From: an uncultured Spirochaetota bacterium
GTDB taxonomy: Bacteria > Spirochaetota > Spirochaetia > SZUA-6 > Fen-1364
Assembly (NCBI GenBank): GCA_963820525.1
Contig: CAWGAA010000001.1
Span: forward strand, 3,040,001-3,104,000
Direction of reading: 5' to 3'
DNA length: 64,000 nt
The notes under the pieces are model-generated. The model saw only the letters and a list, made by a program, of their open reading frames with translations, was not told the DNA's origin and ran no database searches. Shown here piece by piece: positions 19,967 to 30,600 of this stretch. Position 1 is the first letter of the stretch, and each line of letters starts with the position of its first letter. The position numbers were made by a program, and so were the translations under genes.

Positions 19967-21805
19967 TTATGTATCTCTTAAAAAGGACAGTTTTTCGAAA
20001 GATTGTGGGTCAGCCAGAACCTTGAGAAATGCTTCAGCCACGGTCGGCGAGAACTGGGTGCCGGATTCCTTCTTTATCTCTTGGGCGGCCTGCTGGACGG
20101 GGAGACGCTTGCGGTAAGGCCGGGAGGAGGTCATGGCGTCGAAGGCATCAGCCACGGCCACGATCTGGGCGCCGAGGGGGATCTGCTCTCCGCGGAGCCT
20201 GTCCGGGTAACCCTTCCCGTCGTAGCGCTCGTGGTGGTTTTTGATGAGGTAGAGGTGGTTCTTGATGAAGGAGATGGGCTGGAGGATCTCGACGCCTTTC
20301 AGGGTGTGGCGCTGGATGATCTTGGCCTCGGCGTCGGAGAGGGGCTTGGGGCTTTGAACGATGTATTCCGGAATGCCGATCTTTCCCACGTCATGGAGCA
20401 TGCTGCCGAAACTCAGGTATTCGATGTCTCGTTCGGGCAGGCCAAGGACGCGGGCAATCTCCACGGCTATGGCAGCCACCCGCACCGAATGGCCGCGGGT
20501 GTAGGTGTCTTTCTCCTCGATGGCCTGAACCAGGGCCCTCACGGAGCTCGTGTAGCTGGACTTCAGCTCCTCGTCAAGGCGCGCGCGCTGGATCACGGTG
20601 GCAAGCGAGTTTGCCAGGATGGAGAGGAACTCCAGATCGTCATCCGTGACGCGGGAACCGCCCTCTCCCCTGTCGGCTCCCAGGAGGCCGATGGTCTTGT
20701 CTTGGGCAACCAGGGGACAGATGATGAACGATGTGGGATTGAAGTCCGCCAGGATGAGGTTGGCGGGATTCAGGCCGAAGGCCTTCACGTCGTCGACGAT
20801 GACGGGTTTTTTCTGTTTCAGCACGCGCACCATGAGGTTCTGCTCGCGGCTGAGGGGAACCCGGTATCCAATGAGCTTTTCCATGGCCTGCCGCGATTCC
20901 CCGACTCCGCAGCGGTATTCCAGGTTTTCGCCGTTTTCGTCGGTCAGCATGACGAGCGCCCGGCTGAAGCCCAGCACGTCCACGATGGGCTGCATCGTCT
21001 TCTGGAGTATCTTCTGCGTATCCACTTCCGACACCAGCGTCCAGGTGGCGCTGTTGATCGCCTTCAGGAGCCGGACCTTCTCATTGAGCGCCCGGTTGGC
21101 CACGTTCAGCTGGTCGAACTGCTCCCGGAGAATGTTTTTATCCTTTTCGATCTCCTCCAGGGCGTTGAACAGGCGCGATCTGCGCGTCAGCGTCCTCATC
21201 ACGATGTTCCTCATCCAGCCCTTGGTGAGGCTCCAGGGCAGGACGATCTCGCAGTACGGCCCTCCGGTAAAATAGCAGATGTTTTCAACGATCTGGCATG
21301 GCTCAAATCCCCAAAGGGTGGGGATGGCGCTGTAAATCCCCTTGTTGTAGGAGCAGGTATCCTTGGAGCATTGCGCGTCCTGCCTCCAGTGCCACCGCAC
21401 AACGAATCGCCCCGGAGCGTCATAGACGGTCTCTATGATCTTCGTCGTGTTGAACTTGGTGTTGATCTGGTTCAGCCGTTTGATGATTCTCTTGGGTGTG
21501 GAGAAGATGGTGAGGAAAAGCCGCTGGATGTAGCCGAACTCGCGGTGAGTGATCGATTCGAAGCCGATATCGAAGGCCACATTGGGGTTGCCCGTGATGC
21601 GCTGGGCGTTGCTCATGAGCAGGGTGAAGAGGCTGGAAGGCACCCAGTTGTTTTCTTCGCAAAGAAAGGACTCGAGATTGTCGTACCCGCTGTAGGGGGC
21701 GGGAACGCCTGAAAAAAGCTCCTGCAGAGCTTCAGGCTTCCTTCGCCGGATGTACTGTATTATCGCCCTGCTGTTGAGGCAGCTGACGTCGTTCGCTTCC
21801 CGCAA
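19967..21805 (-). CDS. GAF + HD-GYP cyclic-dinucleotide phosphodiesterase with V4R-like N-terminus
   Basis: KDTYTRGHS, LHDVGKIG, HHERYDGKGYP, VADAFDAM; N-terminal C-x-Y...E-x2-C...G-x2-YCE. Confidence 0.88.
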   Translation of the reverse strand: MREANDVSCLNSRAIIQYIRRRKPEALQELFSGVPAPYSGYDNLESFLCEENNWVPSSLFTLLMSNAQRITGNPNVAFDIGFESITHREFGYIQRLFLTIFSTPKRIIKRLNQINTKFNTTKIIETVYDAPGRFVVRWHWRQDAQCSKDTCSYNKGIYSAIPTLWGFEPCQIVENICYFTGGPYCEIVLPWSLTKGWMRNIVMRTLTRRSRLFNALEEIEKDKNILREQFDQLNVANRALNEKVRLLKAINSATWTLVSEVDTQKILQKTMQPIVDVLGFSRALVMLTDENGENLEYRCGVGESRQAMEKLIGYRVPLSREQNLMVRVLKQKKPVIVDDVKAFGLNPANLILADFNPTSFIICPLVAQDKTIGLLGADRGEGGSRVTDDDLEFLSILANSLATVIQRARLDEELKSSYTSSVRALVQAIEEKDTYTRGHSVRVAAIAVEIARVLGLPERDIEYLSFGSMLHDVGKIGIPEYIVQSPKPLSDAEAKIIQRHTLKGVEILQPISFIKNHLYLIKNHHERYDGKGYPDRLRGEQIPLGAQIVAVADAFDAMTSSRPYRKRLPVQQAAQEIKKESGTQFSPTVAEAFLKVLADPQSFEKLSFLRDT

Positions 21806-21883
21806 GACAGACCCCTCGTCGAGATGATTATGCTGTCAATGAAATTCTCGGCAAAACGGTGGAGAAACTTACCCTGTTGTGTC

Positions 21884-23029
21884 TTACAGGCAGTCATCCG
21901 CCGAGATGCTGAGGCGCTCGAGCCTTTCAATGTCAACCGAAAAACCTATCCCTTTCGACCTGATCACAGGGGCGCCGCCCCTGCGACCGAATCCGAAGTT
22001 TTCGCGCGTTATGTTCTCCGAGAGCAAAAGCTCGTCGTACGATCCGTCCACGTAGAGGGGATCGGGAAGCAGGGCGGCGGCGGCGCGGCCGAGGCCGGAG
22101 AGGATTCCCGTTTCGCCCACATGGCAGCCGAGCTGGTACTTCAAACCGAGCTCTTCCGCTTTTTCGGCGAGCTTCAGCGTGCGAAGCAGTCCCCCGTTTT
22201 TCGAGAGGCGGAGATTCACCATGAAGCAGTGCGACGGCCTGAGAGCGAGCAGGTCTTCTTCCGTGACGGCGGACTCGTCGGCCGCGAACGTGAAGCCCTT
22301 CTCTGTTGCACGGCGGAGAGTCTCCGCGTGGTCCTTCCATGGCCCATCGAACGGTTGCTCGATCATGCGCACCCCCTGCTCTGCGCACACGGCCAGCTGT
22401 TCTTCGAAGGCATTCTCGTTCCACGCGCCGTTCACGTCCACCCTGATGTCGAATTGCCGTCCCAGGGCACCGCGGGCTGTTTTCAGGATCGCCTTGTTGT
22501 AGGCGCGGTCGCTTCCCAGCTTCACGCGCACAGCTGTGAGGCCCAACCGATGGTAGAGCGCCAGGATCTGCCCGGCCAACTCGGGGCTCGCGAAGGGGAG
22601 GATGCCGCCGTAGTGAATCATGGAGCGGACCGGTTCCCTTCCCAGAAGCGCGAAAATGTCCTTCTCTTCCCTGCGGCAGAGGAGATCCAGCACGGCCGTC
22701 TCGACCGCGCACAACAGGGGAAGCTCCTCCTTGCCGCAGCTGATGCTTTCCAGGGCACCGAGGAGGAGCTCCGCGGCCGGATCGCCCTCGCGCAAGGGGG
22801 CGAGGAGCCCCCGCACGATCGACGTGCATCGCGCGCGGACCTCCCCCTCCGTGCCGCCCAGCGCTCCCGTCACATACTCCCTGATCACGGCCTCCCCGAA
22901 GCCGCGGCCGTCCCGCGAGCGAAGCATCAAGACGAGGGAATCCGAGAACGTCCGGTTCGCCTTGGCATGGCTGAAGCCTATTCTGAAGGGGATGTTGAGC
23001 GTGAAGAGGCGCGCTTCTTCAATACACAT
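21884..23029 (-). CDS. Enolase superfamily (mandelate racemase/dipeptide epimerase-like) protein
   Basis: RVDVNGAW, IEQP, ADES, NLRLSKNGG, GCHVGET. Confidence 0.85.
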   Translation of the reverse strand: MCIEEARLFTLNIPFRIGFSHAKANRTFSDSLVLMLRSRDGRGFGEAVIREYVTGALGGTEGEVRARCTSIVRGLLAPLREGDPAAELLLGALESISCGKEELPLLCAVETAVLDLLCRREEKDIFALLGREPVRSMIHYGGILPFASPELAGQILALYHRLGLTAVRVKLGSDRAYNKAILKTARGALGRQFDIRVDVNGAWNENAFEEQLAVCAEQGVRMIEQPFDGPWKDHAETLRRATEKGFTFAADESAVTEEDLLALRPSHCFMVNLRLSKNGGLLRTLKLAEKAEELGLKYQLGCHVGETGILSGLGRAAAALLPDPLYVDGSYDELLLSENITRENFGFGRRGGAPVIRSKGIGFSVDIERLERLSISADDCL

Positions 23030-23083
23030 TCGAGCCCACCCGGCGGCCGGGCCTTTCCATGATACGGCTTTGCGCCCGCCGAT

Positions 23084-23683
23084 TCAAGCTTCCGGCCCCC
23101 GAAACCCGCACCCCACAAAATAGATCTCCATCGAATTGCTGCGGCTCGCCTTGGGCTTGAAGGCCCGTGCCGTAGAGAAGACGCCTTTCATTCCCTGGAG
23201 GATTTCCCGCTCTTCGCCGCCCTGGAAGATCTTCACCGCCATGTTACCGCCGGCGGAAAGAGCCCGGCGGCATATCAGGAGAACTTGGCGGCCGATCTCA
23301 AGCGAGCGCGCCGTGTCTGAGGTCCTGGTGCCCGAGGTGGAAGGAGCCGCGTCGGAAAGGACCACGTCGAAAGGGCCGGCCCGCTGGATCTCCTCAAGCA
23401 CTTGGGGATCGAAGAAGTCGCCCTGGATGAAGCGGAAGCCCCTGCGCGAGAGAAGCTTGCCGTCCGGAGCATCGAGGTCCACCCCCGTCACGCTTCCGCT
23501 CCCGGCCAGGATATCCAGGATGTAGAGGCTCCAGCTGCCCGGGGAAGAGCCCAGATCCAGCACGCGGCAGGAAGGCTTTATCAGCCTGAACTTCTCCTGC
23601 ATCTCCTCCAGCTTGTAGACGGAGCGGGCGGGGTACCCCTGCTCCTTGGACTTTCGCCAGTAGTAATCGGGCCTTCCCTTCAT
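23084..23683 (-). CDS. rlmE: 23S rRNA Um2552 2'-O-methyltransferase
   Basis: GYPARSVYKL, DLGSSPGSWS, SDAAP, KPKASR. Confidence 0.92.
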   Translation of the reverse strand: MKGRPDYYWRKSKEQGYPARSVYKLEEMQEKFRLIKPSCRVLDLGSSPGSWSLYILDILAGSGSVTGVDLDAPDGKLLSRRGFRFIQGDFFDPQVLEEIQRAGPFDVVLSDAAPSTSGTRTSDTARSLEIGRQVLLICRRALSAGGNMAVKIFQGGEEREILQGMKGVFSTARAFKPKASRSNSMEIYFVGCGFRGPEA

Positions 23684-23885
23684 GGCCGCTTTACGGTAGC
23701 GGAGAACCGCCGCCGGATCAAGCGAACCGCGAAAGGTTCGGCCGTCGAGCGCCCGCATCACGTGCGGCGCAACAGGTTTGGCCTTCGCGCGCCCAGTTCA
23801 CGCGAGCCGCGAAGGCGCCGGCAGGACGCGGCCTGGCGCTCCACCGCCTGTTGACTTGCTCGGCGGCGAATCGTAATTTGATGCC

Positions 23886-24527
23886 ATGGCGACCATGAAG
23901 TTTCTCCGTCGGCCGCTTCGCTACAGCTACTACAACGCAACGATCATTCTCATCGCCCTCAATGTCCTCGCCTTCTTCATCGAGCTCCTGGATCGCGGCG
24001 GCGGCTTCGCCAACGCCCTCGCGCTGACTCCCGTGGAGGTGGTCCAGGGCGGCGACTGGTGGGAGATCGTCACCTACATGTTCATCCATGCCAACTTTTG
24101 GCACATCTTCTTCAACATGCTCACCCTGTTCCTCTTCGGTGTGCAGCTCGAGCAGCGGATGGGGAGCACGGAGTTTCTGCTCTATTACTTCGTCTGCGGG
24201 ATCGGCGCGGGCCTGGGGACCCTTCTGATCAACTATTACTCCGGACAGGGCGGCATCGGGGTGGTTGGGGCCTCGGGGGCGATCTTCGGCCTGCTCCTCG
24301 CCTTCGCAACGTTCTTTCCCGACGCGCGGATATTCATCTTCGGCATCCTTCCCCTGCGGGCGCCCATTGCGGTCTTGATTTTCGCCGGCATCAACCTGTT
24401 CAACCAGTTCACCAACCCCGGCTCCGGCGTTGCCTACCTCACCCACCTCGTCGGCCTGGTATTCGGATACCTCTATATCCTGGTCCGCTACGGGATAAAC
24501 CCCATCAAGGTCTTTTTCCGCCGGTAA
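23886..24527 (+). CDS. Rhomboid family intramembrane serine protease
   Basis: HIFFNM, GASGA, HLVG. Confidence 0.92.
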   Translation: MATMKFLRRPLRYSYYNATIILIALNVLAFFIELLDRGGGFANALALTPVEVVQGGDWWEIVTYMFIHANFWHIFFNMLTLFLFGVQLEQRMGSTEFLLYYFVCGIGAGLGTLLINYYSGQGGIGVVGASGAIFGLLLAFATFFPDARIFIFGILPLRAPIAVLIFAGINLFNQFTNPGSGVAYLTHLVGLVFGYLYILVRYGINPIKVFFRR

Positions 24528-24550
24528 AGCCTCCCGATACTTGATGTAGA

Positions 24551-25219
24551 GTGAAAAGGCTCTCCGCCGTCGTTCTTCTTCTCCTGCTCGCATCAGCACT
24601 CCGCGTCGCGGCCCAATCGGAGAGGCTCTTCGTCCGTCCCTGGTGCGATCTGGAGCCCTTTGTCCGCGTGGGAGTAGACGAATACCCCCTCTCCCGGGAG
24701 ACGGCGGCGCGGCGCATTCTGGAGGAAGGGCGCATCCTTTTCTCGAGCATGGTATACGGCTACTCCTTCACGTATGTCCCCTCCGACGCCGCCCGCAAAG
24801 TCGCCGAGACCTTCACGCTCACGCCGGTTGCCGAGATCCCCTGGGGGTCGCGGGGCGTCGAAATCCTTGAAACCACCGTGGAAGACAAGCGGTTGTACGC
24901 CCGGATCGCCTATACCCTCACGGATGCCGAGGCAAAGCGCCGCGAGGCATGGGATTCGAGCGCCGTGGCAATGTCCACCGGGAGCGGGAAGGGGAGCCTT
25001 TTCAAAGGCTCTCCGGACAAGATCACGGCCTTGAACAATGCCATGAAGGACGCCATCCGAAGCTACCTCAGGAGCCGTGTGCTCAACAAGCCTCGGGAGG
25101 TCCGGGGCGAGATCGTGTTGTGGGAAGATCCCCAGACGGTGGAGCGCGCCGGCGAATACATCGCCACCGCCAAGGTGAGACTGAGGGTGACCGAGCTCGT
25201 TCCCTATAGAATTTTCTAG
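24551..25219 (+). CDS. Exported hypothetical protein
   Basis: Signal-peptide-like N-terminus; co-oriented in operon. Confidence 0.65.
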   Translation: MKRLSAVVLLLLLASALRVAAQSERLFVRPWCDLEPFVRVGVDEYPLSRETAARRILEEGRILFSSMVYGYSFTYVPSDAARKVAETFTLTPVAEIPWGSRGVEILETTVEDKRLYARIAYTLTDAEAKRREAWDSSAVAMSTGSGKGSLFKGSPDKITALNNAMKDAIRSYLRSRVLNKPREVRGEIVLWEDPQTVERAGEYIATAKVRLRVTELVPYRIF

Positions 25220-25242
25220 GGGGAATCGTTATCTTCTTTTCC

Positions 25243-26829
25243 ATGCTGAGAACGCTTCGCTTCCTCCTGGTCTTTGCCATCGCGCTCATTCCTCTTTCCG
25301 CGTTCAGCGCCGAGGAAGCCTCCCCGCCCAAGGATTTCATCGCGGTTTTCAGCCCCAAGAAGTTCAGCCTCGACCCGCTGCACACCTTCACGGCCTTCGA
25401 ATCCCAGTTTTACACGGCCATCTACGAGGGCCTCGTGGTGAACAACCCCTTCACCCTCGAGCCAATACCGGGCATGGCGGAGCGCTGGGACCTGAGTGAT
25501 GGCGGGCGGATCTACCGCTTCACGATCCGGCAGAACGCGGTCTACTCCGACGGCACCCCGTTGCGAGCCCAGGATTTCGTGGATTCCTGGATGAGGATGA
25601 TAGACCCCGCGTCCAAAGCCGAGTACTCGTTCCTTTTCGACCCGATCAAGGGCGCCCGGGCTTACAGGACGGGGGTGGAGAAGGACCCGAAAAAGGTGGG
25701 CATCCGCGCCGTCGGCGATCGGACCCTCGAGGTAGAGCTGGAGAAGCCCGCCGCGTACTTCCTGAAGGTACTCGCCCACATCAGCTTTCTGCCCATCTAC
25801 CCCGCATATCTGAAGAACAAGAGCTGGGGCGACGCCAAGAGCGCGATCGGAAACGGCCCCTATATCATCACGCAGCGAAACAATGCCGAGCTCCTCCTGG
25901 AAAAGAACAAGCTGTACTGGGACGCGGATCATGTGGCGCTGGACCGCATCCGCATCCGGTTCACGGATGACGATGCCAAGGCCACCACGGATTTCCTGGC
26001 GGGCAAGATCGACTGGTCCACCGTCTTCCAGGCGGACAGGCTGAAGGACACCAAGGATGTGGTGGTCTTCCCCATGTTCGCGACGCTGTACCTGTACTTC
26101 GTCAGCGACCAGGCGCCGTGGAACGACCCGAGGGTGCGCCGCGGCCTCTCGCTGCTCCTGCCCTGGGACCAGATCCGATCCACCAAGCAGTACATCTTTC
26201 CCGACAGCCACCTGATCCCGTCCATCCCCTCGTACCCCGAGGTCAAATCGATCGACTCAACCCAGACCGACGAGGGGCTGAAGCTCCTGGCCGAGGCGGG
26301 ATTCCCCGGGGGCAAGGGGCTGCCCACTTTCGTGATCAAGGTGGCCGATACGGGAAGCCAGGATCTGGTAAAGCAGCTTGCCGACGCCTGGAAGAGCGCC
26401 ATCGGCCTTTCCGTGGACGTGCGCGCGGTGCCCCAGGATGAATACCTTTCCCAGCTCAAGGTCCCGGACTTCACCATGGGGATCTCCACGTGGATCGGAG
26501 ACTATGCGGACCCCCTGTCGTTCCTGCAGCTGTGGACGTCGGACTCCAACCTCAACGACGCGCGCTACTCGGATACGGCGTACGACAAGGCCGTGATGGA
26601 CTCCATCTCCATCCAGGATCCCGCGGCGCGCTACAAAAAGCTGGCCCAGGCGGAAGAGATGCTCCTGAACGACGCCGTGATCCTTCCCCTTGCCCATTCG
26701 CCGGCCGTGCACCTCATCGACCTCGACCGCGTCGATGGATGGTTCCCCAATCCCCTCGACATCCACCCCTTCAAGTTCATCGGCTTCAAGGAACACAAGG
26801 CGCCCTCCGGGGTCGCGATGCTGAGATAG
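25243..26829 (+). CDS. Peptide ABC transporter substrate-binding protein (OppA-like)
   Basis: SLDP, IYEGL, GNGPY, KNKLYWD, WIGDYADP. Confidence 0.92.
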   Translation: MLRTLRFLLVFAIALIPLSAFSAEEASPPKDFIAVFSPKKFSLDPLHTFTAFESQFYTAIYEGLVVNNPFTLEPIPGMAERWDLSDGGRIYRFTIRQNAVYSDGTPLRAQDFVDSWMRMIDPASKAEYSFLFDPIKGARAYRTGVEKDPKKVGIRAVGDRTLEVELEKPAAYFLKVLAHISFLPIYPAYLKNKSWGDAKSAIGNGPYIITQRNNAELLLEKNKLYWDADHVALDRIRIRFTDDDAKATTDFLAGKIDWSTVFQADRLKDTKDVVVFPMFATLYLYFVSDQAPWNDPRVRRGLSLLLPWDQIRSTKQYIFPDSHLIPSIPSYPEVKSIDSTQTDEGLKLLAEAGFPGGKGLPTFVIKVADTGSQDLVKQLADAWKSAIGLSVDVRAVPQDEYLSQLKVPDFTMGISTWIGDYADPLSFLQLWTSDSNLNDARYSDTAYDKAVMDSISIQDPAARYKKLAQAEEMLLNDAVILPLAHSPAVHLIDLDRVDGWFPNPLDIHPFKFIGFKEHKAPSGVAMLR

Positions 26830-26863
26830 AGCGCGGAAAAACCTCGCGAAAGGAGGACACGAA

Positions 26864-28065
26864 ATGCCGTCTCTGGAAATTCGTCCCGATGTGTTCTGGA
26901 TCGGGCTCAACGACAGGACCACGGACCTCTTCGAGGGGATCTGGCCCGTATCCGCTGAAGGGGTCACGTACAACTCCTACCTCATCAGGGACGAGAAGAA
27001 GGTCCTCATCGACCTTGCCAAGGGCTTCAAGACCGACGAATACATCGAGCGAATCGACGATCTCGTTCCCCTGGCCGAAATAGACTACCTGGTGATCAAC
27101 CACATGGAGCCCGACCACACGGGAGCCATCCGCGCATTCTCGCGCATCCCCAAGAACCTCACCATCCTGGCCACCGAGAAGGCCCGCGAGATGCTCGCTT
27201 CCTTCTATGGAATTACCGCCAACGTGAAGGTCGTGGCCGACGGCGAGGAGCTGGCCATCGGCAAGCGGACGCTGAAGTTCGTGCACGTGCCCTTCGTCCA
27301 CTGGCCGGAGACCATGGTCACGTATGACGAGCATGACCGGATCCTGTTCTCCTGCGACGCCTTCGGCGGCTACGGCGCTCTTCCCGGCGCGATCTTCGAC
27401 GATCAGAGCACCGACTTGAAGTTCTACGAGAGGGAAGCCCTCCGCTACTACGTGAACATCGTGGCCAAGTTCTCGGGGCCCACCCTGAAGGCCATCGAGA
27501 AGCTTTCCGGCGTGCCGATCGAGGTGATCGCTCCATCCCACGGCCTGGTCTGGAGGAAGGACCCGGGCAAGATCGTGGAGCTGTACAGGAAGTGGGCCGA
27601 GCTTGCCAAGGGCGGAGGCGAGGAAGGGGTGACCCTGGTGTACGGCTCAATGTACGGCAACACGGAAAAGATGATGAACGCGGTGGCCCATGGCATCGCC
27701 CACCAGGGGGTTCGGGTGGATATTTTCGACGCGGCCCGCACCCACTCCAGCTACATCCTGCCCTCCCTCTGGACCTACCGGGGAGTGGTGGTTGGCGCCC
27801 CCACCTACGAGGGAACCCTTTTTCCCCCGTCTCCCAGGCGATCGAGATGGCGGTGCTCAAGCGCGTGATGAACAAGAAGGCGGCCATCTTCGGCAGCTAC
27901 GGCTGGAGCAAGGGCGCCGTGGCCTCGTTCCAGAAGATGGTGGAACCCCTGAAGTGGGAGGTGACCGAGGTGTTCGAGTTCCGCGGGGGACCGACGGCGG
28001 AGCTTCTCAAGAAGGGGGAGGAGTTCGGCGAGCGCTTCGCCGCTGCAATCAAGGAGAAGGCTTAA
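26864..28065 (+). CDS. fprA: FprA family flavodiiron protein, frameshifted at 27819-27828
   Basis: HMEPDH, HWPE, SCDAFG, PSHG, YGSMYGNT; C-terminus (FGSYGWS) in another frame after the TTTTTCCCCC run. Confidence 0.88.
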
Positions 28066-28775
28066 GACCCCTTCGAATCGCGCCCCGCGCCCGAGATCCT
28101 CTCGATCCACCCCTCGATCCTGCCTCGAAAGAGATATCCAACGCCGAAGAGCAGGAGGGCAAGGCCCAGGATGATCCCGGCCAGGATCCACTTCTGGCCT
28201 GCGGCGGCGTTTCCGATGATAACGCTTCCCAGGATTCCCGGCAGTCTCCCGATGAAGGAGATGGCGATGAAAAAGGCGAACCTCATGGGGGAGAGTCCAG
28301 CGACGTAGCAGAGGATGTCCTTGGGAATGCCCGGAATGACGAAGAGCAGGAAGAACGCCACCTTGGATCTGGGAGAATCGAGAAACTTCTCCACCCGCTC
28401 GACCTGCCGCTTGGGAAAGAGGGCGTGAACGAAGGGCACCCCGAGAAGCCGGGCAAGAAAGAAGCTCACCAGCGAGCCGATGAGGATTCCCGCTATCGAT
28501 AGAAGGGCCCCCTTCCATATGCCGAAGAGGTAGCCCCCCGCGATCTGGGGGACTTCTCCCGGGATCATGAAGAGGATCACCTGGATCGCCTGGATGGCCA
28601 TGAACGCCAGCGGCGCAACGACACCCCGCTGGGAGACCCAATCCCGGAGAGCCCGCGCCGAGGAGAAGAAATCCCAGATCTCCCTTCGAAATATCACCAC
28701 CGGCACGAAAATGGCGGCGATCAAGAGGGGAAACCCGACGATTGCAAGGATGCGCCTGGTCTTCGATTCGGCCAT
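28062..28775 (-). CDS. TVP38/TMEM64 (VTT/DedA) family membrane protein
   Basis: IPGE...GGYLFG, PGIPKDILCYVAGLS, GRLPG. Confidence 0.88.
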   Translation of the reverse strand: MAESKTRRILAIVGFPLLIAAIFVPVVIFRREIWDFFSSARALRDWVSQRGVVAPLAFMAIQAIQVILFMIPGEVPQIAGGYLFGIWKGALLSIAGILIGSLVSFFLARLLGVPFVHALFPKRQVERVEKFLDSPRSKVAFFLLFVIPGIPKDILCYVAGLSPMRFAFFIAISFIGRLPGILGSVIIGNAAAGQKWILAGIILGLALLLFGVGYLFRGRIEGWIERISGAGRDSKGS

Positions 28776-28852
28776 TGCCCTTCACTATAGTGGGACGCAC
28801 CTCGCGGGGCAACCCGCTGAACGGCAACTGACGTTCCCTTTCTTCGACAGAT

Positions 28853-28881
28853 TTGACCATACGGCAAAACTGCGATACAAT
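28853..28881 (+). promoter_or_regulatory. sigma70 promoter of carD-ispDF operon
   Basis: TTGACC-N17-TACAAT. Confidence 0.65.
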
Positions 28882-28889
28882 GATTGGGT

Positions 28890-29411
28890 ATGAAATCTTC
28901 CAGGCAGCGGCACGCCCCGACCAAATACAAGGTCGGTCAGGAGATCGTCTATCCTCTCCAGGGCGTCGGTCATATCGGAGCTATTGAAGAACGGCCCTTT
29001 CGCGACAGGAAGCTCCTCTACTACATCGTGTACCTCGAGGTTTCCGACATGACGATCATGGTGCCCACGGACAAGGCGGATGCCCTGGGGATCCGCTCGA
29101 TCGTGGGGAAGAAGGAATCCCAGAAGGCTCTGAAGCTCATCGCGGAGGAATACGAGCCCATACCCACGGACTGGAAGCTCCGCTACCAGATGAACCTGGA
29201 CCTGTTGAAGAAGGGGAGCGTGCTGGACATCGCCAACGTGGTGCGCGCCCTCTATCACAGGAGCCGGATCAAGGAGCTGCCCATTCTGGAGAGGAAGCTC
29301 TATGACAGCGCGCTCAAGCTCCTTATTGACGAAATCTCCTTCTCGCTGGGCAAGAGCAAGGACGACGTCGAGGAGCTCGTCTTCAGCAAGCTCAGGCTCA
29401 ACGTGAAGTGA
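28890..29411 (+). CDS. carD: CarD family transcriptional regulator
   Basis: YKVGQEIVYPLQGVG, IMVPT, WKLRY. Confidence 0.9.
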   Translation: MKSSRQRHAPTKYKVGQEIVYPLQGVGHIGAIEERPFRDRKLLYYIVYLEVSDMTIMVPTDKADALGIRSIVGKKESQKALKLIAEEYEPIPTDWKLRYQMNLDLLKKGSVLDIANVVRALYHRSRIKELPILERKLYDSALKLLIDEISFSLGKSKDDVEELVFSKLRLNVK

Positions 29412-30124
29412 CCCCTCCCCCCTCGGCACCGAACGACGGGCAGGCGGCGCGCCGCGCGGCCATCGTGACCGCAGCCGGCTCAAGCCGGAGAATGGGGGAA
29501 GACGAAAAAAAGGAGTACAGATTACTCGCCGGGGTTCCCGTGCTGGCCCGCGCCGTCCTGCCTTTCATCGAATCAGCCAGATTCGCTTGCATCCTGATCA
29601 CCGTGCCGCCGGGCCACGTCTCCCGAGTCTCGAGCCTGCTCTCCGGCCACGTGCCCCTGGAAGGGATCCTGTTCGAGGAAGGCGGACCCACGAGGCAGGT
29701 CTCCGTTTTCCGCGGGCTTGCCGCCCTCGCCGCGGACCCTCCCTCGGTGGTCCTCATCCACGACGGTGCGCGCCCCTGGATTTCCCCGGAGCTGATCGAG
29801 CGCGTGCTCCGGGAGACCGAGCGCTTCGGCGCGTGCGTTCCCGTTGTGGAGGCGAATGAAGCCGTGAAGCAGACCGGGGATTCGGGCATCATCGAGCGGC
29901 ACTTCAGCAGGCACGCGATGCGGCTGGCCCAGACCCCCCAGGGCTTCCTCTTCGACAGGATCCTCGCCGCCCACAGGCAGGCGGCCGACGCGGGCGTGCA
30001 GTGCTCGGACGACGCGGAGATCTATGGCCTGTTTGCCGGCCAGGTCTCTTCGGTTGCCGGGGACATCGCTAATCGCAAGATCACCTATCCATTCGACCTT
30101 GAGGAGGGTTCAGGAATATCATGA
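29408..30124 (+). CDS. ispD: 2-C-methyl-D-erythritol 4-phosphate cytidylyltransferase
   Basis: AAGSSRRM, IHDGARP, QTPQ, NRKITYPFD. Confidence 0.93.
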   Translation: MTPPPSAPNDGQAARRAAIVTAAGSSRRMGEDEKKEYRLLAGVPVLARAVLPFIESARFACILITVPPGHVSRVSSLLSGHVPLEGILFEEGGPTRQVSVFRGLAALAADPPSVVLIHDGARPWISPELIERVLRETERFGACVPVVEANEAVKQTGDSGIIERHFSRHAMRLAQTPQGFLFDRILAAHRQAADAGVQCSDDAEIYGLFAGQVSSVAGDIANRKITYPFDLEEGSGIS

Positions 30125-30600
30125 AAGTCGGCTTCGGTTACGATATCCATCGCCTGGCGAAAGAAAGGAAACTCCTTCTCGGCGGGGTGGAAATCCCGTT
30201 CCCCCTGGGAGAAGAGGGGTATTCAGATGGAGATGTCCTCATCCACGCGATCATAGACGCGATCCTCGGGCCCGCGGGGCTGGGCGACATCGGCTCCAAC
30301 TTTCCCCCGGGCAATGAAGAGTTCGCCGGGATCTCCAGCCGCATCCTCCTGGAGCGAACGCGGCGTATGGTGGAGTCTCAAGGCTTCTCCATCGTGAACC
30401 TGGACTGCACGGTTGTCCTGGAGGAACCCAAGATCCTGCCCTATGTGCGGGAGATCCGCGAGGCCATCGCTTCGGTCCTGGCAATTCCCCCCGAGCGGGT
30501 ATCCGTGAAGGGAAAGACCAAGGAAGGGGTCGACGCGGCGGGGGAAGGCAGGGCGGTGGAAGCCTACGCCGTGGTCCTCCTGCAGGAGCGCCGTCTGTGA
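30121..30600 (+). CDS. ispF: 2-C-methyl-D-erythritol 2,4-cyclodiphosphate synthase
   Basis: GFGYDIH, SDGDVLIHAIIDA, DIG, VKGKT. Confidence 0.95.
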   Translation: MKVGFGYDIHRLAKERKLLLGGVEIPFPLGEEGYSDGDVLIHAIIDAILGPAGLGDIGSNFPPGNEEFAGISSRILLERTRRMVESQGFSIVNLDCTVVLEEPKILPYVREIREAIASVLAIPPERVSVKGKTKEGVDAAGEGRAVEAYAVVLLQERRL

